Shown: one piece after another, positions 1-8,273 of the stretch
Position numbering within the stretch: the first letter of the stretch is position 1
Layout: every line of letters begins with the position of its first letter
From: Chitinophagaceae bacterium
GTDB taxonomy: Bacteria; Bacteroidota; Bacteroidia; Chitinophagales; Chitinophagaceae
NCBI GenBank assembly: GCA_044220945.1
Contig: JBGAQC010000008.1
Coordinates: 117,312 to 181,311, forward strand
Length of the DNA: 64,000 bases
Direction of reading: 5' to 3'
Translations under genes and position numbers: made by a program
The notes under the pieces: generated by a model
The model's input: only the letters and a program-made list of their open reading frames with translations
The model's database searches: none
Told to the model about the DNA's origin: nothing

Positions 1-643
1 TCCAGATATTGCCGTACTGGATATCCAGGATCGGGATCATGCCCGTGATTTGGCCGTCATTTAAAACCGCTGGCTGGTGTTCGAGCATAACCACCGAATC
101 GGCCAGCCTCGGTCCTACTTCCTCAAACCGGATGGTTCCGGAAGCCAGCCGGGCGGCTGTATAGGCATATACGTCCCGTCCATGGAAGGTATATGAGTTC
201 CCGGAAGCCTGACGACGGTTTATTGCTTCATCGATCTGCCGGACTTCCTGGATGCCGAACTGTTCCGCCACCAAAGTGAAACTGCCGTTATCCGGGCCCA
301 CAAAATACTGGCCGTTGCGGGTCTTCAGCACCACCGAATGCCGGTCGGTGCCCACACCCGGGTCCACCACTGAAACAAACACGGTTCCTGCCGGCCAGTA
401 TGGTGCTGTCTGGTCCAGCCGGTACGCCGCCTCCCATATATTATAGGCCGGAATTTCATGTGTCAGGTCGAATAAGCGCAATTCCGGATCAACACCACTG
501 GCCACACCTTTCATGGCGCTTACAGCACCGTCTTTTAATCCGAAATCGGTCTGGAATACAATGGCGGGCTTGTGAACAGGCTGGCGGCAGGATATGCCTA
601 TGCATATAATAAGGAAGAAAACTACAGCAGAACGGAAACGCAT
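1..643 (-). CDS. SAM-dependent chlorinase/fluorinase / SAM hydroxide adenosyltransferase family protein (DUF62), 3' end outside window
   Basis: Not in the ORF track because it runs off the edge. Manual translation from ATG 643: MRFRSAVVFFLIICIGISCRQ...IVFQTDFGLKDGAVSAMKGV...VSVVDPGVGT...YFVGPDNG...YTFHGRDVYA. TDFG, VDPGVG, GPDNG and TFHGRD are DUF62 family motifs. Confidence 0.9.
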   Translation of the reverse strand, partial: MRFRSAVVFFLIICIGISCRQPVHKPAIVFQTDFGLKDGAVSAMKGVASGVDPELRLFDLTHEIPAYNIWEAAYRLDQTAPYWPAGTVFVSVVDPGVGTDRHSVVLKTRNGQYFVGPDNGSFTLVAEQFGIQEVRQIDEAINRRQASGNSYTFHGRDVYAYTAARLASGTIRFEEVGPRLADSVVMLEHQPAVLNDGQITGMIPILDIQYGNIW

Positions 644-696
644 GGTCGTTTATTTACTCCATAAACTTACCGAACTTCAGTCAAAATTCCGGTTGT

Positions 697-1218
697 ATGG
701 ATCTCGAAGCTGCCTTGCTGGCTGAACACAGCAAAAAGCAATGCCTGAAAATTGTACGGTATATAAACGGAGACAAAATCAGGTTCAAAAAGCTGGTCAC
801 CTTATTCCTGACCGGTGAATACCGTGTGGTGCAACGCGCGGCCTGGCCGGTGAGTTATTGTATTGAAGACCATCCGGAACTGCTGAAACCCTATTGGGCG
901 CCTTTTATGAAAGCTTTGGAAGACCCCAAAAGCCATCCGGCGGTACACCGGAATATCCTGCGGCTCCTGCAATATGTTCCGGAAGTACCCCGGAAACACC
1001 AGGGATTACTCATGAACGCCTGCTTCAAGCGGATCGAAGACCCGAAGGCCAAAGCGGCGGAAAAAGCCTTTGCCTTAACCGTGCTGGAACAACTTTCGGA
1101 AACCTATCCGGATATCCGGGCCGAATTACTCCTCATTATTGATGAACGCTGGGACCAGGAAACTCCGGCCTTCCGGTCAAGAGGCGCTAAGATCCGCAAG
1201 CGGTTCCGGAATTTTTGA
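697..1218 (+). CDS. Conserved hypothetical protein, alpha-helical (HEAT/ARM-like), 173 aa
   Basis: Clean ORF with plausible composition, filling the gap between divergent and convergent neighbours; function not recognised. Confidence 0.7.
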   Translation: MDLEAALLAEHSKKQCLKIVRYINGDKIRFKKLVTLFLTGEYRVVQRAAWPVSYCIEDHPELLKPYWAPFMKALEDPKSHPAVHRNILRLLQYVPEVPRKHQGLLMNACFKRIEDPKAKAAEKAFALTVLEQLSETYPDIRAELLLIIDERWDQETPAFRSRGAKIRKRFRNF

Positions 1219-1233
1219 GTTTCGCATGATGTA

Positions 1234-2493
1234 TTACGTTGTCTTGACGGGAGGTCTTGCTGTATCCCGGAAGATCAGCCGCAACGACTGATCATAGGTT
1301 ATATAATTATAAAGCCAGTTGAGAAAAACAAAGAGCCGGTTCTTCACGCCGAGGATCAGCATCAGGTGCAGGCTCATCCACACCAGCCAGGCCAGAAAGC
1401 CGCCGAATTTGAGTTTGGGTTTCGGTACTTCCACCACAGCCAGATGGCGTCCCACAGTAGCCATGGAACCTTTGTCTTTATATTGAAAAGCCTGCAGCTT
1501 TCCTTTTGTCAACAGGTTTTTGGCCAGCAGATCTGCCTGCTGTATGGCTACAGGTGCCACTTGCGGGTGTCCGTTCGGATACGCTTCGGTTTCCATATAA
1601 CTGAGATCGCCCAGTACATAGATATTGGATGTGCCTTCCACACGGTTATATGCATCCACCCGGATCCGGTTTCCTCTGGCAATGCAATCAGCCTGGATCC
1701 CATCCGGAACATTTCCTTTGATACCGGCTGCCCAGATCACCAGTCCCGCTTCCAGTTTGCTGCCATCTTTTAATAACAAGGAATGGCCATCATATGTTTC
1801 CACCAATGTTCGGGTCAGTACGGTTACGCCCAATGCTTCCAGATAGGTCCGGGAACGGGCTGACGATTCAGGGCTCATTCCCGATAAGGTACGGTCGCTG
1901 CCTTCCAGCAGACAGATCTTCATTTCGCTGAAGTCGAGCTCGGGATAATCACGGGGCAGCACATACTTTTTCATTTCAGCGATGGCACCACTCAGTTCCA
2001 CACCTGTGGGACCGCCCCCAACTATGGCGATGGTCAGGAGCCGTTTCCGCTCTTCCGGGGTGGCAATCAGCGCCTGTTCAAATTGCTGTAACAAGCGGTA
2101 CCGCAACTGCAGGGCCTCCTGGGTTGATTTCATGGGTAACGCATGTTGCTGCAAAGAGGCATTATTGAAAAAATGGGTGTCGGCGCCCATAGCTAATACC
2201 AGCACATCATAGTCCATTTTTCCGATGCTGGTCTGCACCTGACGGGTTTCCGGATGCACCGACTCCAGTTCAGCGATCCGGAACCGGATATTCCGGGATC
2301 CATGGAACACTTTACGTAAGGGAAAGGAAATATTACTGGCATCCAGGCCTGCTGTGGCCACCTGGTAAAATAAGGGCTGGAACTGATGGTAATTGAAACG
2401 GTCGATGAGGGTGATCTCCAGTCCGGGCCGGTTGGAAAGTTTCCGGGCGAGTCGCAAGCCGGCAAACCCTCCGCCGGCGATAAGGATCTTCAT
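1234..2493 (-). CDS. ndh: Type II NADH dehydrogenase (NAD(P)/FAD-dependent oxidoreductase)
   Basis: MKILIAGGGFAGL FAD motif, FQPLFYQVATA, IVGGGPTGVELSGA and YKDKGSMATVGR. Start moved to ATG 2493. Confidence 0.9.
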   Translation of the reverse strand: MKILIAGGGFAGLRLARKLSNRPGLEITLIDRFNYHQFQPLFYQVATAGLDASNISFPLRKVFHGSRNIRFRIAELESVHPETRQVQTSIGKMDYDVLVLAMGADTHFFNNASLQQHALPMKSTQEALQLRYRLLQQFEQALIATPEERKRLLTIAIVGGGPTGVELSGAIAEMKKYVLPRDYPELDFSEMKICLLEGSDRTLSGMSPESSARSRTYLEALGVTVLTRTLVETYDGHSLLLKDGSKLEAGLVIWAAGIKGNVPDGIQADCIARGNRIRVDAYNRVEGTSNIYVLGDLSYMETEAYPNGHPQVAPVAIQQADLLAKNLLTKGKLQAFQYKDKGSMATVGRHLAVVEVPKPKLKFGGFLAWLVWMSLHLMLILGVKNRLFVFLNWLYNYITYDQSLRLIFRDTARPPVKTT

Positions 2494-2580
2494 AATCACG
2501 GTTTGGATTACAAAGATACAGTTTATTTTCAAAAATTACTGAAAATATTAAAAAAATTGGAGTAGGCTGGTTTTCAGCAA

Positions 2581-3819
2581 TTAATACAGCATCCGAACCT
2601 TTACCGTATCCTTCACTTCCTTTAAAAGCTGGAAAGCCCGGGACGACAGTTTCTTGTCCACGTCGAGCACCACATAACCGATCTCATCATTGGTTTTCAG
2701 GTACTGTCCGAGGATATTGATCTTATTTTCCGATAAACGGGTATTGATCTCGGAAAGGACACCTGGCACATTGCGGTGGATATGCAGGATACGGTGGGTA
2801 CCTTCCTGTGGTGTAGTATGGATCGGGGGAACCGTATGCGAACCCAGGGTAACACCCATTTCAAGGTACTGGAACAGTTTATTGCTCACATCTTCCCCGA
2901 TATTCTGCTGGGCTTCTTCGGTGGAGCCGCCGATATGCGGCGTCAGGATCACGTTGGGCAGATCCTGCATGGGCGATTGAAAACGGTCGCCGTTCTTTTC
3001 GGGTTCCCAGGGAAACACATCTATGGCAGCGCCACCGATCTGTCCATCAAGAATGCATTTTCTCAAGGCATCCAGATCCACTACTTCTCCCCTGGCATAA
3101 TTGATCAGTATGGCGCCTTTCCGGAAATACTTCAGGGTGGTTTTATTGATCAGGTTCTTAGTGGCATTGGTTTCCGGAACATGCAGGGAAATGATATCAG
3201 AACCGCTGATGAGCTCTTTCAGTGATTTTTTGGCAACTGCATTGCCCAGTGGCAGTTTGGTGACCACATCATAGAAATGCACTTTCATACCCATGGCTTC
3301 AGCCAGAATGGATACCTGCGAACCGATATTACCATAGCCGATAATGCCCAGTGTTTTACCCCGCAGTTCGTAACTGCCCTTGGCTTCCTTCATCCAGATC
3401 CCTTCATGGGCAGCTTTGTTCTTATCCGGGATCCGGCGGATCAGCATGATGGCCAGACCGATCACCAGCTCGGCAACAGAACGCGTATTGGAATAGGGGG
3501 CATTGAATACGGCCACCCCTTTTTTTGTTGCGGTTTTAAGGTCTACCTGATTGACTCCTATACAGAAACAGCCAATTGCTTGCAATTTTTCTGCAGCTTC
3601 CAGCACTTTGGCAGTGAGCTGTGTTTTGGAGCGGATACCCAACAGGTGCACGTTACGGATCTCACGGATCAGTTCTTCTTCCGGAAGGGCACCACTCAGC
3701 TTTTTTACATTCACATAGCCCGCGTCTTTAAACTGCCGCACAGCTGCATCACTGATATTTTCCAGGAACAGAATGTTGATTTTTTCCTTGGGGTAACTGG
3801 TTGTTTTTTTATCGTTCAT
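2581..3819 (-). CDS. serA: D-3-phosphoglycerate dehydrogenase with C-terminal ACT domain
   Basis: GCFCIGVNQVDL, NAPYSNTRSVAELV, GIIGYGNIG, LTPHIGGSTEEAQ and HRNVPGVL (ACT). Confidence 0.95.
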   Translation of the reverse strand: MNDKKTTSYPKEKINILFLENISDAAVRQFKDAGYVNVKKLSGALPEEELIREIRNVHLLGIRSKTQLTAKVLEAAEKLQAIGCFCIGVNQVDLKTATKKGVAVFNAPYSNTRSVAELVIGLAIMLIRRIPDKNKAAHEGIWMKEAKGSYELRGKTLGIIGYGNIGSQVSILAEAMGMKVHFYDVVTKLPLGNAVAKKSLKELISGSDIISLHVPETNATKNLINKTTLKYFRKGAILINYARGEVVDLDALRKCILDGQIGGAAIDVFPWEPEKNGDRFQSPMQDLPNVILTPHIGGSTEEAQQNIGEDVSNKLFQYLEMGVTLGSHTVPPIHTTPQEGTHRILHIHRNVPGVLSEINTRLSENKINILGQYLKTNDEIGYVVLDVDKKLSSRAFQLLKEVKDTVKVRMLY

Positions 3820-3963
3820 ATTGCCGGGTTCCGGATGGCATTAATTCCGGACAGGTGCAAAGATGATTGTTAATTCTGATATGGAAAAAAGCTTCTCTGC
3901 AGTTCCTAACTAATGCTAGTATTGGCTATATTTGCCCATCTGAAAACTGTTAATTAGATCCTT

Positions 3964-5229
3964 TTGAAAGCCATTCTCCTCTCCTGCTGTCTGATTGCCT
4001 TTTTGTGCGGTTGTACTGATGCAGTTTCTGAAAAAAAAGAAGCTGCAGTTACCGCAGATCCTGCACCCCCTAAACTGAGCCCGGAAAAAAAAGCCCGGAT
4101 CGCCGAAGGGGTCAGCCGCTTCATGGATTCTGCCTTCCGGAAATCTTCCTTTAATGGCGCCCTGCTGGTAGCCCAGCATGGAGAGATCATCTATGAGAAT
4201 TATAACGGCTTTGGACATTACCGTCATGGTAACGACACCATCACCGCTTCCTCCCCTTTTCACCTCGCTTCCGTATCAAAGACCATCACGGGGATGACCA
4301 CACTCCATCTCGTGCAACAGGGCCGGATCCGGCTGAATGACGAGGTGTCGGCTTACCTGACTGGTTTCCCCCTGACGGGTGTTACAGTGAAGACGCTGCT
4401 GAACCACCGCAGCGGCCTCCCGAATTATGTGCATTATATGGAACGACTGGGTTGGGACAGGAAGATCCGGATCACCAATAAAGACGTCCTCGATTTCATC
4501 ATTGCCCGCTATACTGAAATTGATATTGCACGCCCGGATTCACGTTTCAATTATTCCAATACCAATTTTGCCCTCCTGGCACTGATCATTGAAAAAGTGA
4601 CAGGCCGGACTTATCCGGAATACCTGCGTGATAGCGTTTTTGCCCCGATCGGGATGCAGCATTCCTTTGTTTATACCACAGCCGACAGTGCGGCAGCCAT
4701 GCCGTCCTATTTTTTCAACGGACGCCAGTACGCTTTCGATTACCTCGATCTGGTATATGGCGACAAGAATATTTACAGCACACCACAGGATCTGCTGAAA
4801 TTTGACCGGAAACTGGCAGAAGGCAACTGGATCAGCAAGGCCCTGCTTGATTCAGCCTATACACCCTTCTCTTTCGAGAAGCCCGGTATCCATAACTACG
4901 GCCTGGGATGGCGGATGCTGCTGCTCAAAAACGGCAAGAAACTGATCTATCACAATGGCTGGTGGCATGGCAACCGTACGGCCTTTTACCGGCTGATCGA
5001 TGAAGATGCCGTGATCATTGCCCTTTGCAATAATGATTCCCGCATGATCTATTCCACCAAGAAACTGGCTGACCTGTTCGGGAACTACCTGCAAACAGGC
5101 GACAGTGCAGGTGACGAAGAAAATAACACTGTACAAGCCCCAGCGCCGGTTCCACAACGCAAAGCTCTGGCCCGGAATAAGAAACCGGTCACCCGTAAAC
5201 CACACCGCACCATCGCTGCCAGAAAGTAG
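3964..5229 (+). CDS. Serine hydrolase, beta-lactamase class C / PBP family, probable lipoprotein
   Basis: SxxK (LASVSK), LLNHRSGL and YxN (FNYSNTNF) motifs; N-terminal lipobox (FLCGC); TTG start; TATATTTG -7 box at 3927-3934. Confidence 0.85.
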   Translation: MKAILLSCCLIAFLCGCTDAVSEKKEAAVTADPAPPKLSPEKKARIAEGVSRFMDSAFRKSSFNGALLVAQHGEIIYENYNGFGHYRHGNDTITASSPFHLASVSKTITGMTTLHLVQQGRIRLNDEVSAYLTGFPLTGVTVKTLLNHRSGLPNYVHYMERLGWDRKIRITNKDVLDFIIARYTEIDIARPDSRFNYSNTNFALLALIIEKVTGRTYPEYLRDSVFAPIGMQHSFVYTTADSAAAMPSYFFNGRQYAFDYLDLVYGDKNIYSTPQDLLKFDRKLAEGNWISKALLDSAYTPFSFEKPGIHNYGLGWRMLLLKNGKKLIYHNGWWHGNRTAFYRLIDEDAVIIALCNNDSRMIYSTKKLADLFGNYLQTGDSAGDEENNTVQAPAPVPQRKALARNKKPVTRKPHRTIAARK

Positions 5230-5241
5230 TACCTTTAGGGT

Positions 5242-6738
5242 ATGGGGATCTGGTCTGCTTCCCGCATACGAGAATGGGATGAATATACCATCCAGCATGA
5301 GCCCGTTACTCCGATCGCACTCATGGAAAGGGCGGCGCTTGCCTGTGTGAACTGGATACTGAATTCACCTTATGCTGATGAGCCCTTCCAGATTTTTTGT
5401 GGTAAAGGCAACAATGGCGGTGATGGACTCGCCATTGCCCGGTTATTATCCCGTGAAGGGAAAACAGTCCACGTTTATATAGTTGAACACGGCCGGCCTG
5501 GTACCGCCTGCTTCCAGGAGAACCTGGCAGCGCTGCATCAGGAAACGGTTCGGTTATCCTATATCAGCAATGCCTCATTGATCCCGCCAGCACCCCAGCA
5601 GGGAGTGATCATCGACGCACTGTTCGGAACCGGTTTGAACAATGCCCCTGCAGCACTGGAAGCCCAGCTGATCGAAAACATCAATGCTTGGGGATTGCCC
5701 GTGATCAGTATCGATTTGCCCAGTGGGCTGTTTGCAGACAATTCATCCCTTGGCAATGCGGTAGTCCGTGCAACACATACGCTTAGTTTTCAATGCTGGA
5801 AACTGGCTTTTCTCTTACCCGAATCCGGTGAAGCTGCCGGAAATGTACATATACTGGATATCGGATTACACCCTGATTTTCCAAAATTCATGGAGCCGGA
5901 ATTTACTGCCAGTACCCCTGAACGGGTGCAGTCGCTCACAAAGCCCAGAAGCCGTTTTACCCATAAGGGCAGTTTCGGTCATGCGGCACTGGTATGCGGA
6001 CAAAAAGGAATGATGGGTGCTGCATTGCTCAGTTGTAAAGCCTGTTTGCGTACCGGAGCCGGAAAAGTGACAGGGATCATACCTGCTGCGGGACTGGACA
6101 TCATACAATCTGCGGTACCGGAAGCCCTGACCTTTACTTCCGGCACTGATACGGTCGCTTTTTTTCCGGATGATCTGAATCGGTTTCATGCAATGGCTAT
6201 TGGTCCTGGTATCGGAACCGGCGAATTGCAGAGTAACGCCCTGAAACAACTCCTCGAAACCTATCGGGGCAAACTGGTCCTGGATGCAGATGCATTGAAC
6301 CTGCTGGCGGCAACTCCCACCCTTCAGGAAAAAATACCGCCGGGTACTATACTCACCCCCCACCCTGCAGAATGGGAACGGTTGGCTGGAAAACCGGCCA
6401 ATGATTTTGAACAGATCCGGTCGGTCATGCAATGGGCTGCCACAAAACGCTGTATCGTTGTTTTAAAAGGGCATCATACGTTCATTACAGATGGCCATTC
6501 CGCCCGTTATTTCAATTTTACCGGAAATAACGGACTGGCAAAAGCAGGCACAGGTGATGTACTTACCGGCATGATCACCGCATTCCTGGCGCAGGGGTAC
6601 CACCCCCTGGATGCGGCCTTGCTGGGCGTTTATTATCATGGCGCCGCGGCAGATCATGCGGTAGCTTCCCAGGCACCTGCTTCCCTGCTTGCTTCCGACC
6701 TGATCGGTGCCATCGGACAGGTATTACCCTTTGCCTGA
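5242..6738 (+). CDS. nnr: Bifunctional NAD(P)H-hydrate epimerase/dehydratase
   Basis: LMERAA, CGKGNNGGDG, DALFGTG, SIDLPSG, HKGSFG, GPGIG, LDADALN, LTPHPAE and GTGDVLTG. Confidence 0.93.
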   Translation: MGIWSASRIREWDEYTIQHEPVTPIALMERAALACVNWILNSPYADEPFQIFCGKGNNGGDGLAIARLLSREGKTVHVYIVEHGRPGTACFQENLAALHQETVRLSYISNASLIPPAPQQGVIIDALFGTGLNNAPAALEAQLIENINAWGLPVISIDLPSGLFADNSSLGNAVVRATHTLSFQCWKLAFLLPESGEAAGNVHILDIGLHPDFPKFMEPEFTASTPERVQSLTKPRSRFTHKGSFGHAALVCGQKGMMGAALLSCKACLRTGAGKVTGIIPAAGLDIIQSAVPEALTFTSGTDTVAFFPDDLNRFHAMAIGPGIGTGELQSNALKQLLETYRGKLVLDADALNLLAATPTLQEKIPPGTILTPHPAEWERLAGKPANDFEQIRSVMQWAATKRCIVVLKGHHTFITDGHSARYFNFTGNNGLAKAGTGDVLTGMITAFLAQGYHPLDAALLGVYYHGAAADHAVASQAPASLLASDLIGAIGQVLPFA

Positions 6739-6754
6739 ATTTTAAATTTGTTTG

Positions 6755-6784
6755 TTGATTATCACCAAGAATTCTTTACATTTG
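6755..6784 (+). promoter_or_regulatory. Bacteroidota housekeeping-sigma promoter of tRNA-Pro
   Basis: TTG at 6755-6757, 19-nt spacer, TACATTTG at 6777-6784 (TAnnTTTG consensus), 14 nt upstream of the tRNA. Confidence 0.7.
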
Positions 6785-6798
6785 CAGCCCCAAAACCT

Positions 6799-6875
6799 CG
6801 GGTGGTGGCGCAGCCCGGTAGCGCACTTGTATGGGGTGCAAGGGGTCGCTGGTTCGAATCCAGTCCACCCGACCA
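6799..6875 (+). tRNA. tRNA-Pro(GGG)
   Basis: Acceptor CGGGTGG/CCACCCG, D-stem GCGC/GCGC, anticodon arm CTTGT-ATGGGGT-GCAAG, T-arm GCTGG-TTCGAAT-CCAGT, encoded ACCA. Confidence 0.95.
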
Positions 6876-6883
6876 AGGTTAGA

Positions 6884-6910
6884 GTCCTGCAGTAATGCAG
6901 GGCTTTTTTT
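6884..6910 (+). terminator. Intrinsic terminator after tRNA-Pro, repeated at 6997-7023 and 7110-7136
   Basis: GTCCTGCA-loop-TGCAGGGC followed by T7; loops are GTAA, TTTA and GCAA in the three copies. Confidence 0.85.
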
Positions 6911-6911
6911 A

Positions 6912-7137
6912 TGCCGGTACTGTAGCCCGGTAGCGCATCCCGCCTGCGGGCGGGAGGGTCGCTGGTACGAATCCAGTCCACCCGACCAAGGTTAGAGTCC
7001 TGCATTTATGCAGGGCTTTTTTTATGCCAGTACAGTAACCCGGTAGCGCATCCCGCCTGCGGGCGGGAGGGTCGCTGGTTCGAATCCAGTCCACCCGACC
7101 AAGGTTAGAGTCCTGCAGCAATGCAGGGCTTTTTTTA
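6912..7137 (+). repeat. Two tandem 113-bp tRNA-Pro-derived units (D-loop to ACCA plus terminator) with a substituted anticodon arm
   Basis: The same GTCGCTGG anchor lies at 6845, 6958 and 7071 (exact 113-nt period). tRNA-like parts are 6924-6988 and 7037-7101; the 5' acceptor strand is absent. Confidence 0.92.
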
Positions 7138-7207
7138 TGCCCTAAACCCACTTTCATTTATGAAAAGGGAAGCCTATATTTGTTTCCCTTAACCTAACCA
7201 ATCAGCA

Positions 7208-8197
7208 ATGCAAGCGCCTGTGTATCATACTACTCCTTTGAACGATTCAAGTTTTCTGGTAACTGGTGGCGCTGGATTCATTGGGTCTCATATTGTTGAA
7301 TACCTCTTGACCAATGGTGCTAAAAAAGTCCGTGTACTGGATAACCTCAGTACCGGCAGCCTGGATAACCTGGCTCATCTTCGGCAGTTTACCCAGCTGG
7401 AGTGGATGGAAGGCGATATCCGCAATAGCGATACCTGCCGCAAGGCCGTAGCAGATATCGATTTTGTAAGTCATCAGGCGGCACTGGGTTCTGTTCCCCG
7501 TTCCATTTCAGATCCGCTCACGACCAATGAAGTCAATATTTCCGGTTTTCTGAATATGCTGGATGCTTCCCGGCTGGCAGGTGTAAAGCGCTTTGTATAT
7601 GCTGCCAGTTCCAGCACGTATGGCGACCATCCTGATCTGCCCAAGCAGGAAGGCAAGATCGGCAATCCCCTCTCCCCCTATGCCGTGACCAAATTTGTAA
7701 ATGAATTGTATGCCGGTGTCTATTCCCGCAGCTACGGATACCATACCATCGGCATGCGCTATTTCAATATTTTTGGACCCCGGCAAAACCCGAAAGGCCC
7801 CTATGCCGCTGTCATTCCCCTTTTCATTGAAGCAGCACTGCGTAAAGAAGCACCGTTCATCAATGGTGATGGACTCACCAGCCGCGATTTCACCTATGTC
7901 CAGAATGCGGTGCAGGCGAATATCCGCTCCCTATTGAAGCCGGAACTGCATTCCCACGAAGTAGTGAATATTGCCGTGGGTGATAATTTCAGCCTCAATA
8001 CTCTCTGGGAAATGATCTGCCAGCATCTCAACCTGAGTTTAGCGCCTCACTACCGGGAAACCAGGGCCGGTGATGTGCGGCATTCCATGGCCGATATCAC
8101 CAAAGCCCGGCAGCTGATCGGATATGATCCGCTCTTTACCATGGAAAACGGGCTCGGACTTACGATCGACTGGTATAAGCAGGCCCTGAGCCTTTGA
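7208..8197 (+). CDS. NAD-dependent epimerase/dehydratase (WbpP/TviC-like UDP-GlcNAc 4-epimerase)
   Basis: LVTGGAGFIGSH, HQAALGSVPRSI, YAASSSTYGD, SPYAVTK and RYFNIFGPRQNP. Confidence 0.88.
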   Translation: MQAPVYHTTPLNDSSFLVTGGAGFIGSHIVEYLLTNGAKKVRVLDNLSTGSLDNLAHLRQFTQLEWMEGDIRNSDTCRKAVADIDFVSHQAALGSVPRSISDPLTTNEVNISGFLNMLDASRLAGVKRFVYAASSSTYGDHPDLPKQEGKIGNPLSPYAVTKFVNELYAGVYSRSYGYHTIGMRYFNIFGPRQNPKGPYAAVIPLFIEAALRKEAPFINGDGLTSRDFTYVQNAVQANIRSLLKPELHSHEVVNIAVGDNFSLNTLWEMICQHLNLSLAPHYRETRAGDVRHSMADITKARQLIGYDPLFTMENGLGLTIDWYKQALSL

Positions 8198-8273
8198 TTT
8201 ACAGGGAGGAATGCGGCCGGATAAACTGTTCTTATTCAAAAGGAATCAGTTATCTTCGCTCAACTTTTCTTCC

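Noticed and set aside
6756-6764. Recurring TGATT(A/T)TCA motif in intergenic DNA (6756, 38462, 56871)
   Set aside because: A short AT-rich motif that cannot be separated from background without genome-wide counts.
6912-7101. Units 2 and 3 as functional or quadruplet-decoding tRNAs
   Set aside because: The 5' acceptor strand cannot pair with CCACCCG, the D-stem is broken, and there is no U33-type 7-nt anticodon loop.
6799-7141. Possible CRISPR array
   Set aside because: The units are near-identical over their whole length with no unique spacers, derive from a tRNA, and no cas genes are in the window.
6742-7157. Two minus-strand ORFs (87 and 82 aa) with repeated peptide [20 protein letters not shown]
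   Set aside because: They are translations of the antisense strand of the tRNA and its repeats, not proteins.
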